64,000 nt of DNA. Source: Lama guanicoe. Its lineage: Eukaryota. Position numbers and translations under genes: made by a program. The notes under the pieces were generated by a model. The model was not told where the DNA came from. It saw nothing but the letters and a program-made list of their open reading frames with translations, and searched no databases. The stretch covers positions 806,001 through 870,000 of the forward strand of contig MU053758.1 in assembly GCA_013239625.1 (NCBI GenBank), read 5' to 3'. Of the stretch, positions 34,486 through 48,049 are shown piece by piece. Each line of letters starts with the position of its first letter. Within the stretch, counting starts at the first letter, position 1.

Positions 34486-35907
34486 CAAATAGCTTTTCCC
34501 CAGAACAGAAAACAGAAAATATGAGAAATTAGGACTCAGACTTTTGGAAAGACCTTCCATGTAATAGGACAAATGATTTGTTTCCCTATGCCTCTTTCAT
34601 CTATAGAAAATTATGATGTGTTCTGTAAAAATCACATTTATGAAATATGGACCTTGTTTCCTAAGCAGCAAGAAGTAAATGTGTACTATTTCTACAACTT
34701 TGAAAGCCCTGCAATATTAGAGATCACTGTTCTTCATCTATGACATGGTGTTGGACGTCTAAGAAAGTACTTCAAAGTCCTCATGAAAACTTCCTTGTGA
34801 GGAAGTTATCAGAACCAGAAAATCTAAACCCTTTTCTTATTCCAAATGCAGAATCCAGTTTGAGTGAGATGAAGTTGTGTACTATCCTAAAAATTGGCCC
34901 TATCTAGTCTATGACTCCAAACAAAATTAGGTTCCTCTAGAGTGTTTTATTATTTTCTGTATTTTGCCCTAAGGTTAGTTAGTCAGTTGTACCCTTGAAG
35001 GGATGAGTGAAGAGAAATTAGGCAGGACACGGAAGTCTTTTCTTTCTCCTGTTTCCAAAGATCAGTTTTGCACTGTATTGTCTTGTACCAGATCTGTGTC
35101 GTGATCTGTTCAATTCACAATGAAATTAATGGTATTTATAGGTCATAATTAGCCTCTGTATCCTAGTCTGCCTGGAGCAGTCAGCAAAGGTGTACACCCT
35201 GTTGGCCTGCAAGAAGGGGTGGGGGGGAGCCACCTTGTGGCTGGAAGACGACCCAGCAGCCTCCAGGACTCTTGCTCTGTTCTGAGCAGAAAGGAAATGA
35301 GGGTAGAAGCCAGAGGTAAATCAGAAATATCAATCACTAAATATTTGTGGAAAGTGGTAAGGGATATAAATAGAATCTATAACTACAATAATACTGAAGC
35401 AGTAGTTGTAAATATACATTATCCTCTTTAATATGACATAGAGTAGATTGAGAACTGAGAAATTATTAAGACCCCCACAAAAAAAAATTGAAAGAAAGAA
35501 TGAAAACATTTAAGTTAAAATTATGTTCATTTTGTAATTCAATAAAGAAATCCCAGAGACATATTTTTAAATTTAATGTTGTTTTCTAAAGCACAGAAAA
35601 AGCCCCACAGACATCTGTTTGCATACATTGTGTGTCAGGCAACATCAGATTTGAATGGAATTTATCTAAATTTTATATGCATGGCTTGATGTAAATTGAA
35701 ATAAATTGTACAGCATACCCTGCATGGACATATTGGTTTTTCCATCGCTGCTTGAACTTTTAACCCCAGGGCCTGAGCCGGTCACATGTTGACCTGTCTG
35801 AACTCTGCTGGTAGATCCAAGTGTGGAAGGCTGACCTTGCCTCCATGGCAACCATAAAGTAGGGTCCATGACTCTTCTCTCCCTTTCTCTCTCTTTTCTC
35901 CACACTC

Positions 35908-35935
35908 CAAACAAAACAAAACAAAACAAAACAAA
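35908..35935. repeat. (CAAAA)n simple repeat
   Basis: Read directly. Confidence 0.9.
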
Positions 35936-36547
35936 TTAGTATATTCTCGCACAGCCAGTAAATGTAATCTTGGAATAGTTTTGCCAAAATGCATTTTGCC
36001 CCTAACCCAAGCCCTAAGCAAAGCTTTTTCAGCTTGCTTGTCAGATGTTAATGAAAGTTTGAAATGAAAGCCTTTATAAAAGTTAATGGAAAAGACCCCT
36101 TCCTGGGACACATTCAGTTTGCTTGTCTACTATTATAATAAAATATACTTCACATACTCATATATTAAGTAATGTTGCTCTAAGTGTATTATACATGCAG
36201 ATGAAAATTTTTCTTGTGTGGGATCTCAGGATTAAAAAAAAAATACTTAGACTAGGCTTTACCAATGTCTACATTATCCACGTCAGATCTAACATTTTCC
36301 AGTGTCATAGAGCTAATGTATCTGAAAGGAGTAAGCATTAAGGATCTAGAGTTAATTTCTCTATTGTGGGTTGTAGTCTCTATTTTAATTAAGGTACTTT
36401 TATACTTCTGATTTGTTTTAATTTTGACAATTTATCTTTAAATTCATGTACCAACAAATTACATTTTCATCATCTTACCAGTAGTTTAAAGGTATTATTT
36501 ATTCATCACTAAAGTTAAAATTCTGTTCATAGGATGTATTTGTGGCT

Positions 36548-36830
36548 ATTCATTTATTAATGCAACAAGCATTTGTTGAATGCCTACTATGTAAACAACT
36601 TCAACTAAGTACTGTGGGGGATTAAAAAAAAAAAGTTGCATGCCTGGTCTTAAAGAATTCCAGTTTTGTTGCAAGATAAGATGTACTACTTAGAGAAAAA
36701 CTGGAGAACAGTTAGCAGTGACAAGTGTATAATTGTTTAAAATTGTATACCAACTGACAAAGAAATATGGCATAATGGAGTGACCATTTGGGAGTGGATT
36801 TAATGAAGAAAGGCCTCTTATGAACCAAGC
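36548..36830 (-). mobile_element. L2 3' end fragment
   Basis: 'attcatttattaatgcaacaagcatttgttgaatgcctactatgt...aagtactgtggggga...gcctggtcttaaagaattccagtt'. Confidence 0.7.
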
Positions 36831-37465
36831 ACTGAAGAAAGGTGGCTGTCCAGGGCTAGTAAACAAACATTCGGCTAGGTTTCAGAGGTTTCATAGAGTA
36901 AGGAAAACCTGGGTTGGTGTTGGTAATGTGCAAGGGTTGGTAAGAAAGAAAAGTGACAAGAGAAAATGGACTATGTTACACTGAAAATAACAAATATCCT
37001 TGAATGCTTATGGACTAATCTGCTATTCTTCAAATCCTGAGGTCCTTAGGAATGCCTCAGTTACTTGTTTCTGAAGTTTTTGCGGCAAATATTTTAAAAA
37101 GAACAGACTTGTTAATTGTCACTTGTAAGGGACTCCTATTGTCGTTTTTAGAAAGCATAAAGAAAATTTTAATTTCTAGATGTTTGAGGTAGAAACCTGA
37201 CAATCCCAAATGTTCTACAAGTTACCTTTGGGTGACTTTAGGTGACAGGATTGGTAGGAGACCAGCCTGATGAAACTGAAGTTCTCATTTAGAGTAGATT
37301 TGAGGTAGTTAAAAAAAAAATCACAAGAATGTTTTTCTTTGTGAGGCAATATAGAAAATTTTAAAAGGCAGCATAGTGTGGGCAAGAAGAATCAGAAAGT
37401 ACTTCTGCCTGTATCAAATTCTGTGGCTTTGTCTCTGTGGGCCAGAATTTCTTCATATGTAATAA

Positions 37466-38028
37466 CAAACATATCTAATATTTACTGAATTCTAACTTTA
37501 TACCAGGCACTAATGTCTAAGCACTTTCACTTAATTCTCATTGCAACCGTATCAAGTTAAGTACCATTTTCCCCCCCAATTTACAGATCAGGAAACTGAA
37601 GCACACAAACTTTTCCAGGGTCACACCCAAGTAGTCTAGCTTTAGACCTGATGTGCTTCATCCATTGCACCAGGCATCAGCAAACTTTTTCTATAAAGGG
37701 CCAGAGAGTAAAGTATCTTAGGATTTTCAGACCATACAGCTTCTAGAGTGACTCCTGTGCCAGCGTAGTTACAAAAGCAGGTACAGGTAAGATGCAGATT
37801 AATGAGTGTGGTTATATTCCACTAGGACTTTTTTAATAGACACTGAAACTTGAATTCTGTATAATTTTCACATGTCATGAAATACTATTATTTTGATTTT
37901 CCCCCTGTCATTTAAAAAATGTTTTTAAAAGAATTTCTAAGCTTGCAGGCCCTACAGAAACAGAGTGGGTCAAATTTGGCCCCTGGGCCATAGTTTGCCA
38001 GCCTCTACACTGCACTATGCTGCCTCTC
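37466..38028 (-). mobile_element. MIR SINE interrupted by MER58B
   Basis: 'atttactgaattctaactttataccaggcact...caatttacagatcaggaaactgaagcac...gtgcttcatccattgcac' resumes after the MER58B as 'tatgctgcctct'. Confidence 0.75.
37671..38007 (+). mobile_element. MER58B (hAT-Charlie) DNA transposon with 8-bp TSD
   Basis: TIR-like ends 'caggcatcagcaaac' and 'gtttgccagcctcta'; internal 'gacactgaaacttgaatt...ataattttcacatgtcatgaaata'; TSD cattgcac (37663-37670) and cactgcac (38008-38015). Confidence 0.9.
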
Positions 38029-40014
38029 GATGTATAGGATGCAGAGTCAAGCTAGATGGTCTCTAAAATTATAACCGTTCAAAAAAACATTAAATTCAAT
38101 GACTTTTTAGCTCCAAAACAGGGTAACCAGTTTGGATTCAATTCCATGTAACTAAAGAATTGAAAGTTCCCTTGGAAAACAAGCCTGCCTATCCCTTTTC
38201 TTTGGAAAGGACTATCTAAACTATCTCAGAAGGATGAATAATTATTTGTTTAATTGGTATTTTGAGAAACAGATTTCATTATCTTCTTTAACAAGCCATT
38301 TTACATTAATTGCTGTTCCTATCAGGATTGTAGTCCTAATATCTAGCCTGAGTCCCTTACGAGTCCGTGGAAGCCCACTTGTGCTCCTTTTTAGAGATAA
38401 CAATGAATTTGTGTCTTCTACACAATTCTACACTACCTCCTACAACTTCTGCATCACTTTCTGCAACTGAAGGTCAGAACCTCCCATCCTTTTCCCAGGC
38501 ATTTTTTTCCTTACTCATGTAGATTGTCTCCTAGCTATTATTGTAGTGTTCAAAGGATCCTTTCCAAAATATCTTTATCTCCCTTATTTGATAGAAACAG
38601 GACCTGGGCTGGATAGAGACCTCTTTTCCTTATCTGTGTGTAAAAGTGTGGTTTTCCAAAAGATGCATATATCAAAATTTTTTATAAATGTCATTATTAC
38701 CTGAAATAAGTGTTTTGGGAGGTATCCATAAGCTTAACTCATAACCTCTTTAGTTGTATAATATGTTAAAATTATGATATATGTAGTAAATCATCTCTTC
38801 CTTTAAAATCAAGTATTATAGCTGATTGTAAATTTAAAACTCTTTTATTTTTCTTTTAGCTTTAAAGCTCATAGCCATTCCAGAGTTTACTTCTGATCCC
38901 TTAGTGTCTATTGAAGTAATGTGATAAAAACAAAATAATAAATCTCATATTTAATGATGTTCCTACATCCTCAGTTACAGCCTTAACATTCAAACTCTTG
39001 AATAGTCTACTAAGCTGTATGCCTTGCAGCTTCCGAAACATTGACAGTTTATTTCATAGATAGCAAGAAAGTAGCCCCTTATTATCTAATAGCCTTGTAT
39101 ATGTCCTAGCTGTGATAAATTCAGAGAATTGTGTTTTTATTCTTAGAAATGGCCGTTGGAGTCAAATTTTTGAAGACTTTTCCCAAGCCTGTGTCTTTAT
39201 AGACATTTCATCATAAAACTATTAGCACATATAGAGCTTTTTGAAATAAGATGGTTCTGTAGCCACAAAATTGGAGGTACATGAAGGAAAGTAGTCTGGT
39301 TAAAAGTCTGCCTCATTTATATGCGTGTTCAACATGGTCTTGGAGTACTCACTCAACAACTTTGGTCATAGAGCTGTAGTGAGACCAGATGAATAAAGTG
39401 CTTTTTGAGAGTAAAATGTTCATCTAATTATATTTCTAAGACTCCAGAGTACTTCTTAACAGATTACATAGGCAGGTTTTTACAGATTAATGTAAAGACT
39501 ATTAACAGGTTATTTGAAGGGGTTGAGATAAAATATGATGTTATCTGGGAAAATATATAGGGAAAGAGAGCCTTAAAAAGAGAAAACAGTATTGTAACAG
39601 GGAGATCCCGTTCCCTACAAACAGTGTCACAGGACAGGGGCACTGGATAGCCCACCACCTGGTAACTTCTTAGCGTAACCACAAGACAGATTTAAAGTTG
39701 CTGGTTGAAGTGAGTCTCTCATATTTCTTTGCCCCAACAACTGTTGTATGAAAATGTTTACTGCCTTTAAGGAACTTTATTTTGAGAAGAATCTGTTCAG
39801 TGAGTAGACTGATCAGTGTTTTTCTATTTTCTTTTAGTTTGTACTTGTTTATTTTATTAGCATTTTAGGTTTTAAGTTTGGGCAATTCTATATTTCAAGA
39901 TACACTTTGAATTTTGTCTTAAAGTATAGAATTGCCCAAAATATAGTACACCTTTTTATTTTTTTAAATCCCTGCCATCCTTATACTGGAATTCTGTGTT
40001 TACAAATCTCTATC

Positions 40015-40100
40015 CTGCACTGGACTCTTACTCCTTGAAGGCCTAAAACAATGCCTGTCACAGGGTAAGTGCTCCCGGAGTGTTTGTTGACCTAACTGTT
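40015..40100 (+). mobile_element. L2 tail fragment
   Basis: 'actggactcttactccttgaaggcctaaaacaatgcctgtcacagggtaagtgctcccggagtgtttgttgac'. Confidence 0.55.
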
Positions 40101-41084
40101 GAACCAAGTAGTGACAAAGAGAACGGATTTTGACTGAAGCATTAGAATGTTGTGCAGAATCCGTGGATTCTTTACATTTTTGGTGGGTAGGCCCATTCTA
40201 AAGGAATGCTGCAAGTAAACAACTGTAACAAGCCAATTTTGCTGGCTTTCTTGGGCATTTCATGTTGCTTGCAGTTAGCTGTGCAGCAATTCAGATAGAG
40301 AAGTGGCTGGTAACCTCCATATGCATGTGAATGAAAGAAGTTGTGTGATACTTGAGATGTTCCTCACTATTCCTAAAGGTTCTTGGTGAAATGGAGTTCA
40401 TGAGAGACAGGAGAAGGGACCTCCACTTCCTGTTAGTGAAATTCCATATAATAGAAGACACCCCAGGGAAATACAGAAGTAAAAAAGTGTTCCCACATCC
40501 CATTGATTATCCTTACACATTTGGGTTTGAAGTAAGAATGTTTGTTTTTATACCCTCTGCAGAAAAGAAGCCTATTTATTAAAGATGTCATATCAATGTA
40601 TTCATAGTGACTGGCTCAATTTCTGGCTATATTTTAGTTTATCTCATGTCTCAGCCACTTGTAGAGCTTTCTTGGGAAACTCTTAAGAAATATACAAGAT
40701 CTTACAGCATGGTTTGTTTGGGTCAACAGGAAGCCACTTGATAAGTTTGGCAAATCAGTGTGTCTCGGATTCTTCATCTTTGATTCTCTTGATCACCACC
40801 ATTGATCATCATGATATATATTTCATGTTGGTCATCTATTGTTGGTTTTGTATATTTTAGCAACAAAGCAAAATAACACAATCTTCACCATACTCTCTGG
40901 TAAATGAGAATTTTAAAATAATTTTGTTGTTGACAACTGAGGATGAGATGTTTCTCTAAACACTTTAGAGAAATCTACATGCCCTGATACCAGTTGTAGC
41001 ATCTGAGGCCATTGCTAGGTTCCTAACATGGTGGGAGGATATCAGGCATCCTGGGGACAATGAGGAAAGTTGAAGAAATCCAGA

Positions 41085-41760
41085 TTCAGTTTAAATACTC
41101 ATGGAGTTTCTGCCATATACAAGGCATAATGCTAGGTGTTGAGGGGATAGAAAGGTGGTTAATTGACAACCCCCCCCCTTTGTGTTGTATGTTTTTCAAT
41201 ATGGGGCTAGGAGGGGCAAGGATAAAGGAAGCAAAATGAGAAGTTCTTTGCTAATCCTTTGAGGAGCAGTTTCAGTAGTTTAGTAACTGTAGAAGCCTGA
41301 TTTTAGGGATTGAGGAATGAGTGAGAACTGAGAAACTAGAGGCTGTGGGTATATGACACTTTAAAAAAAAGATTGGTTGGTGAAGAGAAGGGGAGAAATA
41401 AGTGGTAGTGGGGAAGAAGAACTTTTTTGGTTGTTTTGTTTTTGTTTTAGGGGAGGGTAGATCTGAACCAATTTTCCTGAAGATGAGAAAGAACCAATCT
41501 GAAAAGAAAGGATAATGGGTAGAATCAAGTCCTGGGAAAGATAGAAGTGGGTTGTATAATACTATTCAAGAATCGGTCTTAGCTAAAAGGCAAGGCACTC
41601 ACTCCTTAGAGAAAGGAGTTAAAGGATAGAAGGGGTGAAGATGCAGAGCTATTCTTACCTGGAAGGAGAGGAGGGCGAGGCCATCTGCTGAGAATAAAGA
41701 GTATGGAGTAGGGGTTAGCCCAGGGCTTAGAGAAATGGAGAGTGGAAGTTTAGGGGAGCT
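41085..41760 (-). mobile_element. L2 LINE fragments
   Basis: 'aaatactcatggagtttctgccatatacaaggcataatgctaggtgttgagggg' and 'ctttgaggagcagtttcagtag...agaagcctgattttagggattgaggaatgagtgaga...gtgaagagaaggggagaaataagtggtag'. Confidence 0.65.
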
Positions 41761-42624
41761 AAACTTTAGTTTAAGAAATGATAGAGTCAAGAAAAGAAAT
41801 ACTGCTAAGCAGTAATTAATATACGGTGAGAACCATCTCAATCTATTCAACAAACATTAAAACGTTAAATGGAGAATTCGTGGAGGAATGAAATGGTAAA
41901 AGCTCCTGATCCATTTCATTTTCAGGCTCAGCCCTCATAGCTCTGTCTCAGTGTAAAGTGAGGCACAGCCTCCAGTGCACAGAAGATCATATATAATCTC
42001 ACACTGAGCGGTCCTGAATCTTTGCTTACCTATTGTCCCTGTTGACACCAGGACCCAGTCCTGAAGACGTGTCACATTCACAGATGCACAATAAGAGTAA
42101 GCATTTCAGTCCTTAAAAATACCTGAAGTGTATCTCACAAGGCAACTTTCCCCTCCTCAGAAGCCCCATAGCTCCCTGGAGCCTCCCACTCTCCTGCCCC
42201 AGAACTCTCTCAAACAGGCTGTTCAGCCCCATTCCTCTTGATCCTCCACAGTACAGGGTGGAGACTACTGCTTAGTTCTCTGTTCTCTACTGTCTATCCA
42301 AGTGCCCTTTGTCCTTTGAAACCCCTGTCTCGTCCTTATTCTCCCTATATGCATCACAAAAGCCCAAGACACTTATCTGAGGATCGCAGAGCCCTCCGTG
42401 GATGAGAGCAGTCCTGGGAAGGAACTGAACCAGTGAAGCCAGAGTCCTTGAGTGTACAGAATTATCGGCTAGGAACACTCATTGTTAAGAACTGTCATCT
42501 AGTTACACTGCAGCTTCATGAACTCAGCTTATGTTGTGAAGAGGATTTGAAACCATGATCTGAAATACAAGTTATAATTCTGAACGTGCCTTTCATCTCA
42601 CCTCCTACATTTGAATCCTGTGCC

Positions 42625-42990
42625 CTAAATTCCAGCCTCATTGTTCGTCATTCCCCAAACCCAGCCCTGTGCCTTCCCCCTAGAATGCCTTTCCCCTCCT
42701 CTCCAGCCCCCTGTGATCCACTGATCCTTCAAGATCCTGCTCATCTTCTCTACATGGCTTTCTAATTGCTCCAAGTCAGACTCATCCTCTTCCTGTCTTG
42801 TGTTTTACTTGATGAGTATCCATGCTATAAGTTGTCATCACCATTTGCGTTGTTATATTACTTAACGTGTGCTGGCTTCTTTAAAAGATTGTGAGCTCCC
42901 AGAAGGTAGGGTGGCGTCTTAATTATTTTTTTTAATCTCTCACAGGTTTCAGCATATAGTAGACTTTAAATAAGTATCTGTTAAATTGAA
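42625..42990 (+). mobile_element. L2 LINE 3' end
   Basis: 'ccctagaatgcctttcccctcc...atccttcaagatcctgctca...agattgtgagctcccagaaggtaggg...catatagtagactttaaataagtatctgttaaattgaa'. Confidence 0.75.
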
Positions 42991-45900
42991 CCTTTAAAAA
43001 GTATGATTATACATATATATATTTGTCATACCCTAAAGAACCTTCAGAGAACCTTGGGATAATAGCAGTGTCTTGTTCTACAGTGTTTCTCAATGTGCCA
43101 CAGAGTGACTGCCTCCCTCTCTCCCCATCTTCCATATCTGGAGGTTTTCCTTCCTTAGACACCAGAAATACTGAGGTGGAAAACACCATCCCGGATAGGT
43201 CCAAGATAAATGTTCACTTCCTTCAATAGTATAGCGTATGAGTACAAAGGCAAATGCTGGACAGGACACAGACACTACAAAGACAAATGAGAGTCAGGAA
43301 CTTGAGAAAAGGGAAAAGAGGCAGCCAACAAGGACATGTTCCCCTGTGTGTTAAAACTCAGGGAAGAGAAAATGGCAGAAAAACCAAATACACAAGAGTT
43401 TATATCCTGTTCACTGCTGAAATACGTTTATGCTGAGATGTCAATAATCTATGATAGCCCACGTGAAATGAAAATGCTCATATTTATATGGTGCTTTTCA
43501 TCCAGAGAATCCCAAGATACTTTATAAATTATAAACATGAATGCTCCTTATGCATTCTCTAATGTTCTCTATACATGAAGTCCAGTTACTAATGGCCCAA
43601 ATCAAGCCCCAGCTGCCCCCCACAACACTGAATATCTTAAGATTTTTATCAGATCATAGTATTTTTCTTTGAAAAATCCTTTGTATCATAAAGTCTGTAG
43701 TTTACACTATTTGTCCTCTAACATATGCAGCATCTCTCCTACCTACCTCCCTTCCCCAACTAACATGGAAAGTGAATTCAATTAGATTTAAGACAAAGAG
43801 TAATTGCATTGGAAAATAGAAAAAATATCTCATCCCAGAATGATTAAACCCTTTACCTTATAGAGGGAGTTTAACTCTTTCAGGAAAACAGAATCCTGTA
43901 TAATAAATGAATACAGAGATTTGCTAAATGGAAGTGTTATGTCCTGAGTCTAATTCCTCAGTCATCAGTGAGCTCTTTGCTCCAAGGAATAGTGTACTCA
44001 TTGTAAGGTGTGTAAGAAATATAAAATAAAGACTAAGTCAGGTAAGGGTTTTAAAATTTTAACTTTTAACTATTCTTATTTTTAACAGTAAGTGTCTCAA
44101 AATCTAAAACTTATTTGAAACTCTTGGATTCTTGAAAGTGAATTTAATCATCTACTTTCCTAGAATTATGTTGTGCTTTTGGTATCTTGATTTTGATAAA
44201 CCCTTCCACATATTCTTTGAGAACTGGTCCAAGCAGAGCCTGAGTTACCCATGCTACAAAAACTGTTTTGCCAGCAGCTTCTGACTCGTTGCCTGTTGGT
44301 GCTCATTCTGGAACTTTTGCAGAAAGATGATGAAGTACCCTAATGTGACAAATTCTTTTTAGAGGGAGCCTCACAACTTTAGATGACCAATCATAGCAAG
44401 GGATGACATACAGTACTTTCATTTGCAATGCTCCATGTTTGTGGTGGGGAGAATTGCGTCAGTTGCAGGGGAAACTTAAAAGGTGAATGTTAGAGCATCT
44501 GTGAGAATCCAGAATAACAAGTCAAATGTGCAAGTGTAGGCTGCAGCCAGCCTGTGGTGGGGTGGGGCTGTTCAAGGTTGAAGTGCAGCAAACAGAAGAG
44601 GTGCCTTGAACTAAGAAATCTCCCTTCTTGGTCTTTTTCCCACCTATATTATTCAGATATTTCATACCTATCACTGTAGTTTGGCTTAAGTAAGACTGCC
44701 AAAATTTCTGAATCTGGCCCTGTTTTAATACCTTAGCTAAACTGTCCTTTGTAATGGTAAAGTTCTGTAGACCCAAGCCAATATATTTCTGTTTGTTCTC
44801 TTTAATAATCAATAAAACAGGTACTACACATTTTTATGTCGCATTTAGAAAAATTCTAGCAACACAAGGCATTGGCTCAGTTTGACTGGAGTTTCTCACA
44901 GCAGCATGGATTTTTCTCTTTTGAGTAGTGCCCAGACTGAACCGGGGGAGGGGGGTGTTGTTTGTTTGGGGTTTTTTTGTTTTGTTTTGTTTTTTTATGT
45001 GCCAGGCACTGTGCTAACTGCTTTAGATAGATTATTATTATTTAATTGTTTATATCAACACTAAACTTTTAAGTTGTGTCTTGAGCCAGATGTTTTTTAT
45101 CGTTGATGAGACCCTACTTTTAATTGGTTGATGTTCTAACAGGGTGGTAGATCTGATTTTAAAACATAAAGCAAGGGAATAAAAGCTAAATACTTGTCCT
45201 AGAAGTTTTGCTCTACCTGTCTCACCGTATGATCTCGTTTTGTCCCATTCCTAACTGGGGATGTAAAAGCTATAATTCTTTATGAAGTCATTTATATTGT
45301 TCTTTGAGATCTGCTTGTGAAAGGCACTATATAAACTAATCCCAATGTTAATATATCTATATTTTTCCCATATCTTACAAACTCTGTTGTACATAGGACA
45401 GATTCATTTATTTATGATATGTTCTTAGTTTGTTACTCTTAGCCAAATTTGTGTCATGATAAATACTTTAAAATAATAATACACATTAACCAGGGATTAG
45501 AGAGACTGATTTATAGACTTGGAGCAGGAAGAAGAATAAAATAAAACCACCATCTATTTGGGTCATGGAATCAAATAAGTTTAGAAGTTCTAAGTGAAGT
45601 GTTCTTAGTCAAGTCAACAACAAGGTGGGTCACATCAAAAGGAGCATCTGCAATGAAGTAACACAAGGAATTTTTTAAATCTGGAAATGAATGACTTAGG
45701 AAAATTAATGGCTCTTCTAACTCCTTAGACAGAGAGTAGTCCTTTCAAGTTTGATGAAGGTCATTTTCAGGACAGTCTAAGAGAGAGGTTACAGTTCAAC
45801 TTCCACCAGCGGTACTTCAGAAAAGGCAAAACTGGCTTGAGTTTCTGAAGCTTGTTTTTTTTTTAATTAAAGCTAATAAAAATGCAAATACCTATATTCT

Positions 45901-48049
45901 GAATATTTTATAATAATATTTTATATTTTTCTTCCCCCCCAAAGTTATGAATTTATCGCCTTTTCCAAAGACTGGAATGGAGAAAATGCCCACTAACCAA
46001 GATACAGTGAATGTTTGCTAGTGTGTCCTCCCAGCTGCTCATGTAAATCTTTCTTCACAGCAGGATTTGAACAAAAACTCACCACTTAATTGAATAGTTC
46101 AAATGCCACTGAGTAGGAAATTTTAGTAAGACCAGAGTATTTGTAACCTTAAAGTAGATGTAAGTGTTCTGGCAACATATACAGTGTTTTGACATAGCAA
46201 AAAAATGTAAAGGAGTCTTTTGCATTCTGAGGCCAATCATGGGTATTACTTGTTTTAAGACTTTGAAAGTATTCCTTTTATACTGTAGCTGTTTTTTTCT
46301 AACAACAACAACAATAACAACAACCTTGCTTCATTTTCCTTTTTATTTTTGAGCTGTTTGCAACCCCCTTTTGAATAGTGAGAAACAATGCAATTAATTT
46401 TCTCCAGCGCAATCATGCATAGATTTAATAAGCATCCGAAGGTAGGATCCATCTGTAAAGTATGCGTTGCATGCTAAATTACTTCTCTTCTGTGGTTTTT
46501 TTTCTTTCCAAACCTTAATTAATTGAAGAAAAAAAATGTTTATTAAAGTGGGAACAGGCTGGGCTCTGGCTCTCCGCCTCTGGTTCAAAAGTTCATACAA
46601 TTCCCTGAAGGCTCATCTGAATGTGTGTGTCTCCCTCTCACAATCTTTCTTTCTCCGTTTCTATAGTAGGGATGAATGCCTGGAAAAGGTATATTATTTT
46701 GTTCCCAGGATCAATTTTAATAATCTTAACTTGAGTAAACTAATTTATTTGTGTATATAGATTTGCATGTATTATATATGTTTACATAAACAGCATATAT
46801 GCATAGACACATAAATGTGTTATTTATCCATTTTCCTATTGCTTAGAATATAAAACTGATATACTTTCAGTGGCATCTTTAAACAGGATATAGATAGAGA
46901 GCAGGAAGTATAATTCTACAGGTGGATCTCAGACAGGAAACTGAAGGAATTACGTACGAACATAAGCTAAATCCTTATGAATAAATTTAGACCAGAAAAA
47001 AAATATTAAATCTATCCCAAGTAGAAAAATATTTACCCATAAACAAAGAAATGGGAAAACATAGGAAGTGACTCACTCCTGCGAGATGCTTTGGAAACAA
47101 GATATTTCCTGACCTGCAGAAAGTTTTACGTGACCTAGGTGAAAAACAGTAAGTTTTTTGTAAAATAAAAATATTGTTTTCAAGATGGACTCAGAATTTT
47201 TTCAACTATCTCAATCGCTTACCTAGGATGTCATGATCTTTCATATGTTTTTTTCAAAGTATTGCTTTTTTCTCTTTATTGTATGCTATAATTTTTAAAT
47301 CCTTTTTTATTAAAGTAAATACAAGTTGTAGTTTTCATCCAAATTACTAGTTTCTTTTTTGCTTTAAAGTAAGATTCGTTTTCTCCTTTAATACAAGTAA
47401 AGTTTGCACAATCACTTCCAGATTTAGGAGTTGATGGAATCAGAAGGCAGTGCTGAACTTGACTGTGATCTTGCCTTATTGAAGTCTATTTGCCTTTGCC
47501 CAGTCACTTCTTGCAAAGCATGGTATTCACATAGGAGTATAGCAGAGGGCTTTCTACAGGTTGTTTCATTTTCTTTGGAAAATGTACAGGGTACCTAAAG
47601 CCACTGGTCTATTAGTCATTTTAACTTTTTAAAAATTGATGTTTAAGTAAGAAAAAATGAGCAGCATGGAAAACTGTTTTAGTTTGGGATATATACAAGT
47701 TTAGTCCTATTGGCCCTTTTATCACATACGTGCCTACCATCCTATACACTTGCCATGTGAGTGTCAGATGAGCCATGGGGACATTCCTGGAAGGAATTTT
47801 GAGGAATCAGCATTCCATATTTTTTTCTCAAATGTTGCTGCTGCACATTGACATGTATACATTTGGGCCACATCTGCACACTTGTGAATCAAATTACTTG
47901 GAGGTGATGCTGAAATATGATCACCAAGTAACAATTGTAATTAACTTCTTGGAAGCTTGAAGACTGTCACCCACTATGTGCGTATCTATTTGCGTGTATA
48001 CCGTATCATCGTCTCCCCACACCCAACATTCTGTGCTTCCTGGAAGAAT

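Noticed and set aside
46435..46445. TCCGAAGGTAG resembling the Y1 RNA 5' region
   Set aside because: Similarity does not extend on either side.
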